This document shows, piece by piece, positions 36,627 through 46,078 of a DNA stretch of 61,544 nucleotides. Under the pieces are notes generated by a model, which worked only from the letters and a program-made list of their open reading frames with translations, did not search any database and was not told where the DNA came from. The position numbers were made by a program, and so were the translations under genes. Position 1 is the first letter of the stretch, and the number at the start of each line of letters is the position of its first letter. The DNA lies in NCBI GenBank assembly GCA_017694255.1, contig JADINC010000023.1, positions 1 to 61,544 on the forward strand, given 5' to 3'. The DNA comes from Candidatus Enterousia avistercoris. GTDB taxonomy: Bacteria > Pseudomonadota > Alphaproteobacteria > Rs-D84.

Positions 36627-36655
36627 ACGCTGGCAGTAATGCCAGCGTTTTTTAT
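36627..36655. terminator. Bidirectional terminator
   Basis: acgctggca-gtaa-tgccagcgt, flanked by an A-run and a T-run, between convergent genes. Confidence 0.8.
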
Positions 36656-36672
36656 TTTCCGCATCTTATGTA

Positions 36673-37989
36673 TTAATGGATACCGACTTGGAACTGGTCG
36701 CCCCAGCCAGCAACTACCTGGCCACCGACTGTGCATTGGATGTCTTCCAGACCATTTGACGCCTGGTTCTTTTTCATAACATTACTGGTTATCAATCCGC
36801 CCGCTGTACCCAGTACTACACCAGCAATAGAATCTGATAACAAACGTGATGTGTTAAAATTACCTTCGGCTGTGCGCCATTTGCTGACATCCAGATTATC
36901 AACAACACTTCTTATGTCTGATGCCGCATTCGCAATCCGACGACGCGATGCCGCCTGTTGTGATGATAATTGGGCTGCTGCGCTTTCTTGGTTTATTAAC
37001 GCCAATAACTGGTTATACATTGTATTAAATGTTATTTCGTTTGGGTTACCATCACAATACTGTATAATTGCCAATATCTGACCAGATATCGTTGCATTGG
37101 ATGCATATTGTACCTGCCATCCCATAATTTGCGCAATCTTTACCGGATCACATTCGTATCCTGGATCTGGCGTTACAACAACTTCTGGCACTTGTCCATG
37201 CATATAGCATTGACCACCGGTTGTTGGATCAGAATTTGGAACAAATAAATAACTTGCATTTTGTGCACATATACACGTACTGCCATTCCAGTTCGCAACA
37301 GACGATGATACATGACAACATGCAACACATTCGTTGTATTTACTGCCACTTAACCCATTACAGCGCGTCTGTTCACACTGATTTGGTCCGGCACCACCAC
37401 CGTTGTTGTTATTATCCTCTTCGTCCTCGTTATTGTCCTCTGGATCGCTTTGCGCTGTTTCTGGTACACACATATTACCATTAAGACTTTTGTATCCCTT
37501 CATACATTCCCTGTATCTACATACAGATAATTGTGGTCCTGTTTGAGAAATTACATTTGAAACACTGCCGCGATTACATTGACCGGCGCGTATTTCAGAT
37601 AACATCGCATTTTCTATATAACCATCCATTTGTGACAGTGGTGAATCCCCACATGTACATAATGCGCTTTCTGGAATTTGTTGCCAGCTATCATCCACTC
37701 CGGCATCATCCACACATTGAAACGCAGTTCCCTGACCACCAGGTCGCGCAATTACAACAGTATCGCCATAATCACATTGTGAATTTGAACCACCAGTATC
37801 ACACATATAGCACAGTTTACTGCTAAATCGGCGATCGTCGTTATTATTAGAACCACCCGTTATACCATCTTCTGTCAACATTTCTGATACATCATATGAA
37901 GTTTCGTCACATAGAATTGGTGTACACGCCCCCGCATAAGCAAACCCATTTATGCAACAAATACTAAATATCAGTAAAAGTTTTTTCAT
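36673..37989 (-). CDS. Secreted cysteine-rich protein of unknown function
   Basis: Signal peptide MKKLLLIFSICCINGFAYA. More than 20 Cys in the mature part, an acidic/Asn low-complexity tract (DPEDNNEDEEDNNNNGGG) and a Gly-rich hydrophobic segment (IAGVVLGTAGGLI) near the C-terminus. Confidence 0.6.
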   Translation of the reverse strand: MKKLLLIFSICCINGFAYAGACTPILCDETSYDVSEMLTEDGITGGSNNNDDRRFSSKLCYMCDTGGSNSQCDYGDTVVIARPGGQGTAFQCVDDAGVDDSWQQIPESALCTCGDSPLSQMDGYIENAMLSEIRAGQCNRGSVSNVISQTGPQLSVCRYRECMKGYKSLNGNMCVPETAQSDPEDNNEDEEDNNNNGGGAGPNQCEQTRCNGLSGSKYNECVACCHVSSSVANWNGSTCICAQNASYLFVPNSDPTTGGQCYMHGQVPEVVVTPDPGYECDPVKIAQIMGWQVQYASNATISGQILAIIQYCDGNPNEITFNTMYNQLLALINQESAAAQLSSQQAASRRRIANAASDIRSVVDNLDVSKWRTAEGNFNTSRLLSDSIAGVVLGTAGGLITSNVMKKNQASNGLEDIQCTVGGQVVAGWGDQFQVGIH

Positions 37990-38185
37990 TTATCTCTCCA
38001 TGCCGAAAATAAACCAAGGGTTGTTTTAGGCACCCCAATGGTACTTAATTAGTTGTATTTTATCATATTTTCCGCCACTTTCCAATAACGAATTTTGCTG
38101 AACCCAAACGGTGATTTAAATTCGGTATAAAAATTTAATAAAAAATACCAGAATTATGACGCATTGAATGAAAATAATATGCGGA

Positions 38186-38219
38186 AAATAAAAAGGGACG
38201 CGTCATTTAAACGACGCGT
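38186..38219 (-). terminator. Rho-independent terminator after dnaA
   Basis: acgcgtc-atttaaac-gacgcgt with a T-run on the minus strand. Confidence 0.7.
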
Positions 38220-38228
38220 TTCTTTTTA

Positions 38229-39515
38229 TTATTTATATTCTGCAACCAATTGATCAATTTGTGCCGATAATACTAAATCAGATTTCTTTAATTTTTCGAT
38301 TTGATTAATTGAATATAATACTGTTGCATGATCACGATCACCACATACACGGCCAATTTCTGTCAAAGACATATTTGTTGCAGTCTTTAATACCACCATC
38401 ATCATTTGACGCGCCAGAACCACCGCACGACTGCGTCCCTTGCCACATACTGCATCATATGACACCGCCAACTTTTCACACATCTGTTTTACCATCGCAA
38501 TTGGTGTTTTAACGCGCTGTAATGAATCTGCCAGCAAATGCGTTGCAACATCCATTGTAACGGTTGTCCCCATCAGTTCAGCGTATGTTTTTATTTTCAT
38601 CGCAACACCACCAACCAAGTGCCCATCCCCTGCGATACGCGATGCAATTGAATCTGCGACATCTGATGCAACACCTGCACGCATTAACATTACACGTTTT
38701 ACATTAACATTTGGCGCCGCAACATCTGCAACCAGACCAGACGCCATCAATGATTGAATCCGACGATCAAAACCCGTTAAATTATTTGGCGCCGCATTTG
38801 CCGTTAAAACAATGTTTTTACCCGCACTGCGCAAATCAACAATTAACTGGGCAAATTCTTCGCATGTTGCGCGTTTACCAACCAGCGCCGAAACATCATC
38901 CAGAATAAATGTATCACAATTGCGGCAAAAATCTTTGAATGCAAAAACCGTTCTGTCATGCAGGCTGCGCGTGAATTCAGCCACAAACTGGCCCCCAGAC
39001 ATTTTTATTGTGCGTCCCGCCGCCGCGCTTTCAATGCAATCTGCCAACAGTGTTTTTCCACACCCCGCCGGTCCATAAATAAACAGCGGGGAAAAAGGAA
39101 CCGCCCCCGCCGCCAATTTTTTGCATGCCGACAACACGAACGCATTTTCATCACAGCATACAAACGCATCAAACGCATTTGCCACACATTCGTGCACCGT
39201 GGCAACATCTGCGGCTGGTGCATAAGATTGAACATTGTTATCATTTGCAACCGGCGCCGCAACAACTGCACCACGTACTGTAATTTTAACCCCCAGTCCG
39301 AATTCACGCGCCACCGTTGTCAACACATTTGAATAAACCGCACCAATATAATCAGCAGAAAATTGATTTTGCGCACCCAACACCAAAACATCATCACAAA
39401 CATCAAACTGTAATGGCGCAATCCAAGAAGTATAAGATGCAGAATCTATTTTTGCGGCGATGGCCCCCTTGATTTGTTCCAAGTTTGTCATTGTTTGTTT
39501 TGCCGCTACCTGCAT
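38229..39515 (-). CDS. dnaA: Chromosomal replication initiator DnaA
   Basis: AAA+ Walker A YGPAGCGKT, box VII/sensor regions and a domain IV HTH (..LTEIGRVCGDRDHATVLYSINQIE). Start trimmed to the ATG behind AAAGGAGAAACAAT. Confidence 0.9.
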   Translation of the reverse strand: MQVAAKQTMTNLEQIKGAIAAKIDSASYTSWIAPLQFDVCDDVLVLGAQNQFSADYIGAVYSNVLTTVAREFGLGVKITVRGAVVAAPVANDNNVQSYAPAADVATVHECVANAFDAFVCCDENAFVLSACKKLAAGAVPFSPLFIYGPAGCGKTLLADCIESAAAGRTIKMSGGQFVAEFTRSLHDRTVFAFKDFCRNCDTFILDDVSALVGKRATCEEFAQLIVDLRSAGKNIVLTANAAPNNLTGFDRRIQSLMASGLVADVAAPNVNVKRVMLMRAGVASDVADSIASRIAGDGHLVGGVAMKIKTYAELMGTTVTMDVATHLLADSLQRVKTPIAMVKQMCEKLAVSYDAVCGKGRSRAVVLARQMMMVVLKTATNMSLTEIGRVCGDRDHATVLYSINQIEKLKKSDLVLSAQIDQLVAEYK

Positions 39516-39844
39516 ATTGTTTCTCCTTTCCTTCCCTTTGGTCATCCGCACAACAGAGTATAAAAACCACCCGCCCATAAACGCCAAATTTTTCTGATTT
39601 CGTAATTTATCTTTACGCATCATAAAAATTTATTGTTTATGTTTTGCTGTTATTTTTTTTACCTCTCTTGCATTTGATGATTGATGTTTCATCAATCGTT
39701 TTGGATACGTCAATTAAGTTAAAATATAAATCCCAGTTTGCAACCAATTGTTAAACAATTTTTGAACATTTACTTTTTGACAACGATTCGTTTTTTTGCC
39801 AGTTTTCTGCGTGTTGTATATACACTGTATAGACACAAAAACTT

Positions 39845-40861
39845 TTATGCCCGAACATAGCCACCATCAACTTTTCGCACTAAACCCTGCAATTCCATAA
39901 CAACCAAATCACGTTTTATTTCCGAAACAGATTTTTTGACAATATCTGCCAATACAGATTCAGACACAGGAATTGTTCCCAATGCGTCCAACAATGGATT
40001 TTCCGAATCATTATTTTTTTCATTTTGTGCATTATTTTTTTCAGGTTTGAAAAAATCAGATACCCCATTACACAGTTTTGCCGCCCCTGTTTGAATCAAA
40101 GAATTCGGTCCTGTTGCGCGCGCATCCGACGGATGCGACGGGATTGCCCAAATTTCCCGATTCGCATCAATTGCGAATCGGGCGGTTTTCATACTGCCAG
40201 ACTTCATATCAGCCTCGCTAATAATCAATTTTTCTGCGATCCCAGCAATTAATCTGTTGCGTTGAACAAAATTTGTTGCAATTGGTGTAAACCCCACGGG
40301 CATTTCACTGATTACCACGCCACGCGCCACAATTTCCCAATACAGCGATTCGTTTTCCAGTGGCCAAATATAATCCACGCCCCCCGCCAGCACAGCAATT
40401 GTTTGTGCCGCCCCAGGTGCACGCAATGCCCCACGATGTGCGGCCGCATCTGTTCCCATGGCCATCCCCGACACCACCGTCACACCATGGGCTGCGAATG
40501 CATCTGCGATATCGGCCACCAAATTCATTCCCGCCAATGTTGCGTGCCGTGTTCCCACAATTCCAACCGCCTGCCGCGCCAGCGTTTCAATATTTCCGCG
40601 CGCACTTAATACTGGCGGGTGATTTTTCATTTTTCGCAACCCAGACGGATATTCCGCCATATCATCAGATATATAATATATGTTCTGTTTTTGTGCGCGC
40701 CCAATTTCATCCAGCACCATATCGCGCATAACATCATAATTTTCCAGCGCCGCCGCCGCAGCGGCCACACCACCAAATTGCGCAATCAATTTATTATACC
40801 CCACGGGCCCAATTCCCGGGGTACGCAAAATCATCAATTTATACACCAGATCGTCATTCAT
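39845..40861 (-). CDS. dprA: DNA-processing protein DprA (Smf)
   Basis: GIVGTRHAT..G...A...A...A..G.TVVSGMA.G.DAAAH.GAL...TIAVLAGG.D..P.EN and FVQRNRLIAG motifs. Confidence 0.9.
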   Translation of the reverse strand: MNDDLVYKLMILRTPGIGPVGYNKLIAQFGGVAAAAAALENYDVMRDMVLDEIGRAQKQNIYYISDDMAEYPSGLRKMKNHPPVLSARGNIETLARQAVGIVGTRHATLAGMNLVADIADAFAAHGVTVVSGMAMGTDAAAHRGALRAPGAAQTIAVLAGGVDYIWPLENESLYWEIVARGVVISEMPVGFTPIATNFVQRNRLIAGIAEKLIISEADMKSGSMKTARFAIDANREIWAIPSHPSDARATGPNSLIQTGAAKLCNGVSDFFKPEKNNAQNEKNNDSENPLLDALGTIPVSESVLADIVKKSVSEIKRDLVVMELQGLVRKVDGGYVRA

Positions 40862-40897
40862 ACGAACACTATAAGAAAAAACACATATATATTAAAA

Positions 40898-40923
40898 GCA
40901 TTTTATTAAACAAAGGGCGTCCA
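40898..40923 (-). terminator. Terminator-like hairpin
   Basis: ggcgtcc-atct-ggacgcc with T-rich flanks, downstream of 40943..41848. Confidence 0.5.
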
Positions 40924-40942
40924 TCTGGACGCCTTTGTTTAA

Positions 40943-41848
40943 TTAACCATTACGCGCATTTAGCAGATATTTGTAATTTATCTCATCACACTCTGATGGT
41001 TTTTCTGCACCATCCCATACAGAACTGTTGCATTCTTTTTCTATCAATTCCAGCGCATCCATAATATCCCTAAACGCACTGGGACTTTCGTTTTTCAAAA
41101 CACGCAACTGGCTCAGTATTAACTCATCTCCTTTTAACGCATGCTGACCTTCAACATTGCCACCAATCCATTGATTACCGAACAGTTCCATCATACCAAC
41201 ACCCAACCCGGCACCACCAACTGTGGCCCCAACAGATGCCCAAACACGTTTTTTCTTGGTTGCATCCAGAATTCTATCACGCAACACGCCTTCGTCCGCC
41301 CACGAACCGCATGTTATATTCGTACCCATCGCGAAATATTTACTGGGGACGTCCGACACACTAACATCTGGATTAGATGATTTAACATCAACCTTGACAA
41401 AGCATATATTATTATCAGGTTCTTCGATATCTTCGATCATTGTCGCATAGTTATCCGCATTACTATACCGCGACGCCCAAACGAACGTATTACCAACACC
41501 AATATTATTATTAATGCATGCCGCGCGCTCTTTTTCACGATTATCCTGGGGTTCTTCTGGGACCGGGACCGGATCATCTGGTTCCACACGCACACTGGAC
41601 TTATTTGTTGTTCCCGAAACAGACACACCTGTATTATAGGCCCCCATTGCGTTAATCTGGTTCACAGATGCGGTTGCACGTGCTTCTTGTTCATTCGCAT
41701 CCCCAGCATTTACATCAGCCGCATCAGCACGTGGCGCGGCCATAATCATCTGGCTGGACATAGAACGTCGCGACTGGCCCGCAGGCGTCAACGCGAATGC
41801 CGGCATACAAACCATACAAACAACAAACAAAGATACAATCTTTTTCAT
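40943..41848 (-). CDS. Secreted protein of unknown function
   Basis: Signal peptide MKKIVSLFVVCMVCMPAFA (start behind GGGGGAAATA). Contains a Gly-rich hydrophobic segment VGATVGGAGLGVGMM. No recognised domain. Confidence 0.55.
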   Translation of the reverse strand: MKKIVSLFVVCMVCMPAFALTPAGQSRRSMSSQMIMAAPRADAADVNAGDANEQEARATASVNQINAMGAYNTGVSVSGTTNKSSVRVEPDDPVPVPEEPQDNREKERAACINNNIGVGNTFVWASRYSNADNYATMIEDIEEPDNNICFVKVDVKSSNPDVSVSDVPSKYFAMGTNITCGSWADEGVLRDRILDATKKKRVWASVGATVGGAGLGVGMMELFGNQWIGGNVEGQHALKGDELILSQLRVLKNESPSAFRDIMDALELIEKECNSSVWDGAEKPSECDEINYKYLLNARNG

Positions 41849-41940
41849 TATTTCCCCCATCCCCACTATTTTAGGGTTATTATACCACAAAACACACAAA
41901 AAATAAAGAATAAAAGCGCCGTAAGAACGACGCTATACAC

Positions 41941-42549
41941 TTATTTTTTCCACTTCCATTCTACTTTAGATTCTGTACCTGTTATCAATCGGCGAATATT
42001 TTCACGATGCCGCCACAGCGCCACCAGCGCAATTGCCAAAAATGGCCACCCCATCTGGGTTGAAATTGCAAACCCCAGCACAGGCATAACACAAAACGCA
42101 ACAACCGCCCCCAGCGACGAATACCCAGACGTCAATGCAACAACCAACCATTCAATCCCACATATAACAAAAGATAGCGGACTGGTCGCCAACATCACAC
42201 CAAACATAGACGAAATACCCTTGCCCCCGCGAAAGCGCAACCATATCGGATAACAGTGTCCAATAACGGCGGCAAAACCACACCATGCACCGAATACATC
42301 CCCACCAATCGCACAGCCAATTAACACTGCACAGATTGCCTTGGCCATATCCAGCAACCACACCGCCCCAGCCATACGCAATCCGCCAACACGCATAACA
42401 TTTGTTGCGCCAATATTGCCACTGCCGACCTTGCGCAAATCACCCTTGCCCATAATCCGTGTCAATATTAACCCCATTGGTATTGATCCCAACAGATATG
42501 AAATAATAATCCCAATCACCGCAATTATGCCAAAAGATACAGATATCAT
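41941..42549 (-). CDS. plsY: Glycerol-3-phosphate acyltransferase PlsY
   Basis: GSGNIGATNVMR motif. Five to six TM segments, 202 aa. Confidence 0.9.
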   Translation of the reverse strand: MISVSFGIIAVIGIIISYLLGSIPMGLILTRIMGKGDLRKVGSGNIGATNVMRVGGLRMAGAVWLLDMAKAICAVLIGCAIGGDVFGAWCGFAAVIGHCYPIWLRFRGGKGISSMFGVMLATSPLSFVICGIEWLVVALTSGYSSLGAVVAFCVMPVLGFAISTQMGWPFLAIALVALWRHRENIRRLITGTESKVEWKWKK

Positions 42550-42622
42550 TTTATTTTTCCTTGATTTTATGTTTGTTTTCTATAAAATAGCAGAAAACAT
42601 TGCTAAATAAAAGGAAAATAAA

Positions 42623-42883
42623 GTGGCAAATCATAAGTCATCTAAAAAAAGAATTGTTGTGACGGAAAAGAAAAACGCCGTCAATAATGCACGTCGCAGC
42701 GTGGTAAAGACCGCCGCGAAAAAGGTTTTAATCGCAACAGAATCTGGCGATAAAGCGTCCGCAACAACCGCCCTGCGCAACGCGGAAAGCAAAATTATGA
42801 AATCCGTTGGCAAAGTTATGCCAAAGAAACGCGCCGCACGCAAGGTTTCGCGCCTGGCAAAGCGTGTTGCAAAAATGGCGTAA
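42623..42883 (+). CDS. rpsT: 30S ribosomal protein S20
   Basis: GTG start behind AAGGAAAA. MANHKSSKKRI....K....N....S..KT..KK pattern, 86 aa, highly basic. Confidence 0.9.
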   Translation: MANHKSSKKRIVVTEKKNAVNNARRSVVKTAAKKVLIATESGDKASATTALRNAESKIMKSVGKVMPKKRAARKVSRLAKRVAKMA

Positions 42884-42912
42884 TTAAGTCATTTAAAAAA
42901 TTTATAATAAAA

Positions 42913-42940
42913 ATCCCCAAAATATGGGGATGTTTTTTGT
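42913..42940 (+). terminator. Rho-independent terminator after rpsT
   Basis: atcccca-aaata-tggggat followed by GTTTTTTGTTTT. Confidence 0.8.
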
Positions 42941-42941
42941 T

Positions 42942-43148
42942 TTATCCAAATTTATAAATTCTGACATAGCTGGTATCGCTGGTCCCGGTTGTACCACTGC
43001 CGCCGGCCCCACCATATCCACCAGACAACGCCGACGCTTCGCCGCCACCCGCGCCATCTGGTGCGCCACGGCACCCCAGCCCCAGCAACACAAAAAAGCC
43101 ATCAAAAACGCTGCATCGCCCAGATTTCTGCGTAAAAGCCCCATCCAT
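42942..43148 (-). CDS. Possible small Gly-rich (lipo)protein; the coding frame in this GC-rich patch is unresolved
   Basis: 68-aa ORF: ..FFVLLGLGCRGAPDGAGGGEASALSGGYGGAGGSGTTGTSDTSYVRIYKFG. It ends just before the rpsT terminator hairpin. Two other ORFs overlap it in other frames. Confidence 0.25.
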   Translation of the reverse strand: MDGAFTQKSGRCSVFDGFFVLLGLGCRGAPDGAGGGEASALSGGYGGAGGSGTTGTSDTSYVRIYKFG

Positions 43149-43260
43149 TTCATGCCAAATCTAAACCACCGTTTGGATTCAGCATAATAACAATTATTTA
43201 CGTGGCGCATTATATCAAAAAAACGAAAATCACTCACCCCAATTTGAACTGGCGCCATAT

Positions 43261-43285
43261 AAAAAATCCCGCCATGCGGCGGGAT
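43261..43285 (-). terminator. Rho-independent terminator after the secretin gene
   Basis: atcccgcc-atgc-ggcgggat with a T-run on the minus strand, 7 nt after the stop. Confidence 0.85.
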
Positions 43286-43291
43286 TTTTTA

Positions 43292-44917
43292 TCAGTTCAA
43301 TGGTGCCCCCCAATGCTGTTGGATTGTACGTTCCGTATCCATTGGGCTAATTAACACCTGGGGCGTTAATATAACCACCAAAACATCACGCGTGGCCGAT
43401 GTTTCACGCGACCCCGACAGCGCCATAAAGTCAGGATCACCCAAACCATAACGCGTATCATTATTTTCTTGTTTTTCAAACCCAGACACCACCAGCATTT
43501 GTCCAGATTCCATAATCACCTCTTGCATAAAGCTGCGTTCTTCAACCTCTGGCAATTGCAGTGTTACTTCGCCGATTGTCTGTTGTTGCATACGCAACAG
43601 TTCACGCACCGACATTCTGAACAGCAACAAAATCTTGCCATTTTCCAAAACATTCGGCAACAATTGCATTGAAAAACCTGTTTCCAAATCGTCCTGGTCC
43701 ACGGTACTTGATTCCACAGTTGTAAAGTTCCGCGATTCAAACCGCTTGATATAGCCTGTTGTACGCGTATTATTCACCGGCGCGACCCGATTATTACGCG
43801 TTGTAACACCCACGTTTGTAACCAGCGATACCTTACCCTGCTTTGCCAATGCCTGGATTAACGCATCGGTTCCCGCCAAACCTGACAAAGATCCATTTTT
43901 AATCTGATCCTGGGTATAGGCCCCAGAAACCTCTGTATTTCCTTCCATATGTGTGGCCCCGGTTATTGCCGATACCGAATTAGACAACACCGCGATATTC
44001 ATGGAATTAGCCTCTGTATTGGTCAAATTATTCTTTGGATTTGCAACAATATTTAATCCAGATGCAGAATTAATTGCCGCTGCCAAATTCAACCCAAACG
44101 CCGAATCATTTGATATAGAAACTTGTAAAACTTTTACATCAATCGTCACCAATTGCGACAATCGCTTGTTCTGGCGTTCAATATAATCGCCAACACGTGC
44201 CAATATAGATGGCGGCGCCGTCACTGTTATTGTTCCCAAACTGCGCGATACAGTAAATGATGCATTATCACCATCCCCGATAATGGTTTCCAATGCACTT
44301 TCAATTTCATCCCATTCTTTTAATGTTGATTCCAACGATACCGTATTCCCATCGTCTGTTTCCACCGCCGTCTGGTACGACACATCCGTCCCCAGCGCAT
44401 ACAGCGTAAACGTCCGTGTTTCCGTTTCATAAAACACAATCGCGGACTTATCATAATACCACAACAAATCTAAATCTGTTGCCACCTGGGACAGCAATCC
44501 CGACAATTTTCCGGTATATGCAATATTTATTGTTTTTTTCAATTTTTCTGTGTCAATTTGACTGTCTATCTTCACAGGTATCCCAGTAATTGCCGTAACA
44601 TTATTTGCCAATTGCTGCAAACTAACAGGCTCGTTCAGCAAAATCGTAATCCCAGTATCTGTTTCGAATTGCGACGGCAAATTATTACGATGTTCCAACA
44701 GCGTCGACGACGCCCCCAGCCACACCCCTTCGGACATAGAAACCGTATCACCACTGGCAACCTTGGCCCGTGGGTTCTTAGACATTTCGAACGCATCATA
44801 TGCATTGATAAAATCCTGGTCCACAGAAGACGCAACCTTGGCGGACTCTTTGGTGGCGCATGCTGTCATCACCGCGCACAGGCCGCACATTATGAAAAAT
44901 TTTATTGGTTTGCTCAT
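43292..44917 (-). CDS. Lipoprotein secretin (type IVb-pilus PilN/BfpB/TcpC-like)
   Basis: Lipobox AVMTAC. C-terminal secretin domain (VSLVTNVGVTTRNNRVAPVN...GFSMQLLPNVLENGKILL...MLVVSGFEKQ...RDVLVVILTPQVL). Confidence 0.7.
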   Translation of the reverse strand: MSKPIKFFIMCGLCAVMTACATKESAKVASSVDQDFINAYDAFEMSKNPRAKVASGDTVSMSEGVWLGASSTLLEHRNNLPSQFETDTGITILLNEPVSLQQLANNVTAITGIPVKIDSQIDTEKLKKTINIAYTGKLSGLLSQVATDLDLLWYYDKSAIVFYETETRTFTLYALGTDVSYQTAVETDDGNTVSLESTLKEWDEIESALETIIGDGDNASFTVSRSLGTITVTAPPSILARVGDYIERQNKRLSQLVTIDVKVLQVSISNDSAFGLNLAAAINSASGLNIVANPKNNLTNTEANSMNIAVLSNSVSAITGATHMEGNTEVSGAYTQDQIKNGSLSGLAGTDALIQALAKQGKVSLVTNVGVTTRNNRVAPVNNTRTTGYIKRFESRNFTTVESSTVDQDDLETGFSMQLLPNVLENGKILLLFRMSVRELLRMQQQTIGEVTLQLPEVEERSFMQEVIMESGQMLVVSGFEKQENNDTRYGLGDPDFMALSGSRETSATRDVLVVILTPQVLISPMDTERTIQQHWGAPLN

Positions 44918-44953
44918 CTCTGCTTCTCCTACGGCAAAATCAAATCGTTAAAA

Positions 44954-45898
44954 TTATTCTTCGGTTGTAGATATCACCAACACACGATTACCCTTGTAAA
45001 ACTTTGCATACGGTATCGGGGTTGCGCGCGCAAAATTACGCACCAATGCCGACGCCACATCGACAAAGCGTCCTTTGAACACGGCGCTGGCCTCTATCGG
45101 GTATTCACGCGACGTTGCCCAAATCAAATCCCATCCCTCTTTATTGCACCAATCCTGCAAGACTTCGCGCAATGTCTGGCCACTGGCAACAACCCATGAA
45201 CGCACCTGGTCGGTTAGCACCGGCGCCGGTTCTGCATCCGCAGAAATATCAACCGCGATTTCTGCATCCAGACTAACATCTGTGGCACCACTTGCCGTAT
45301 CTGTTTCTATATCTGCATTAACCGCGGCAATTTCTTCATCTGTTGCGCCCATTTTCGCCATAAACGCGGTATACCCATCACGATATTGCGTACAATCATT
45401 TCGCCCACTGCGCGCAACCGTCAGAACAGTACCCCCATCATCTTCTAACATTTCACGCCCCAGCAGTGGCATTTCTGCCCCACTGTTGCACGCATCATCA
45501 AATCCCGCCGGCACCTGGGCACCATGCAACATATTTGCACCACCCGACCAACCACCATAACCCGTACTATCCGTCCCCAGGTTGAAATTATTTTCCACAA
45601 CCAAATCAGAACCAATTTTCGAAACAATTCTGATATTATCTTGCTGTTTTTTACCACTGCATGCACCATCATCACATGCAATTTCCACGTCCGCATCCGA
45701 CCCCGCAATTGGCCACACCGGCACTTCTTGGACCACGGGTTGTGGTTCAGAATATTCGACATACTGTGTTTCAACTGGCACGACTTCTTGGGTATAAAAA
45801 ACCTCTGACGTGACGACCTGGGGCAAAGCATTTTCCGCAGCAAAGCAATACCCTGCCGCGGTTGCGAACATTGCGACAATTAAAATTTTACGGAACAT
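44954..45898 (-). CDS. TcpQ-domain protein (PilL/TcpQ-like secretin partner)
   Basis: Signal peptide MFRKILIVAMFATAAGYCFA. C-terminus WVVASGQTLREVLQDWCNKEGWDLIWATSREYPIEASAVFKGRFVDVASALV...YKGNRVLVI fits the TcpQ C-terminal domain pattern. Confidence 0.6.
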   Translation of the reverse strand: MFRKILIVAMFATAAGYCFAAENALPQVVTSEVFYTQEVVPVETQYVEYSEPQPVVQEVPVWPIAGSDADVEIACDDGACSGKKQQDNIRIVSKIGSDLVVENNFNLGTDSTGYGGWSGGANMLHGAQVPAGFDDACNSGAEMPLLGREMLEDDGGTVLTVARSGRNDCTQYRDGYTAFMAKMGATDEEIAAVNADIETDTASGATDVSLDAEIAVDISADAEPAPVLTDQVRSWVVASGQTLREVLQDWCNKEGWDLIWATSREYPIEASAVFKGRFVDVASALVRNFARATPIPYAKFYKGNRVLVISTTEE

Positions 45899-46078
45899 AA
45901 ACGTGTCCTTTCCTGTAATTTTTACCATTATTATTATAATTATTATAGCAACTTGACCGAATCTGTGCAAGATTAAAACGCACCTGGTGCATCTATTAAC
46001 TTAAAATCGCACGAATCGGTAAAAGATGTTATACTGGTCCCGAAAACAACAAACAATTATCCCAAGGATATAAATAAA

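Noticed and set aside
39516-39844. oriC upstream of dnaA
   Set aside because: I found only weak, isolated DnaA-box-like 9-mers (tcatccgca, gtatccaaa) and no clear cluster or AT-rich 13-mer repeats. Many alphaproteobacteria place oriC elsewhere. This cannot be supported by eye.
42902-43258. 118-aa ORF as a real gene
   Set aside because: Its last codons translate the rpsT terminator hairpin, there is no RBS, and it overlaps two other ORFs in a GC-rich patch. It is kept only as part of an unresolved finding.
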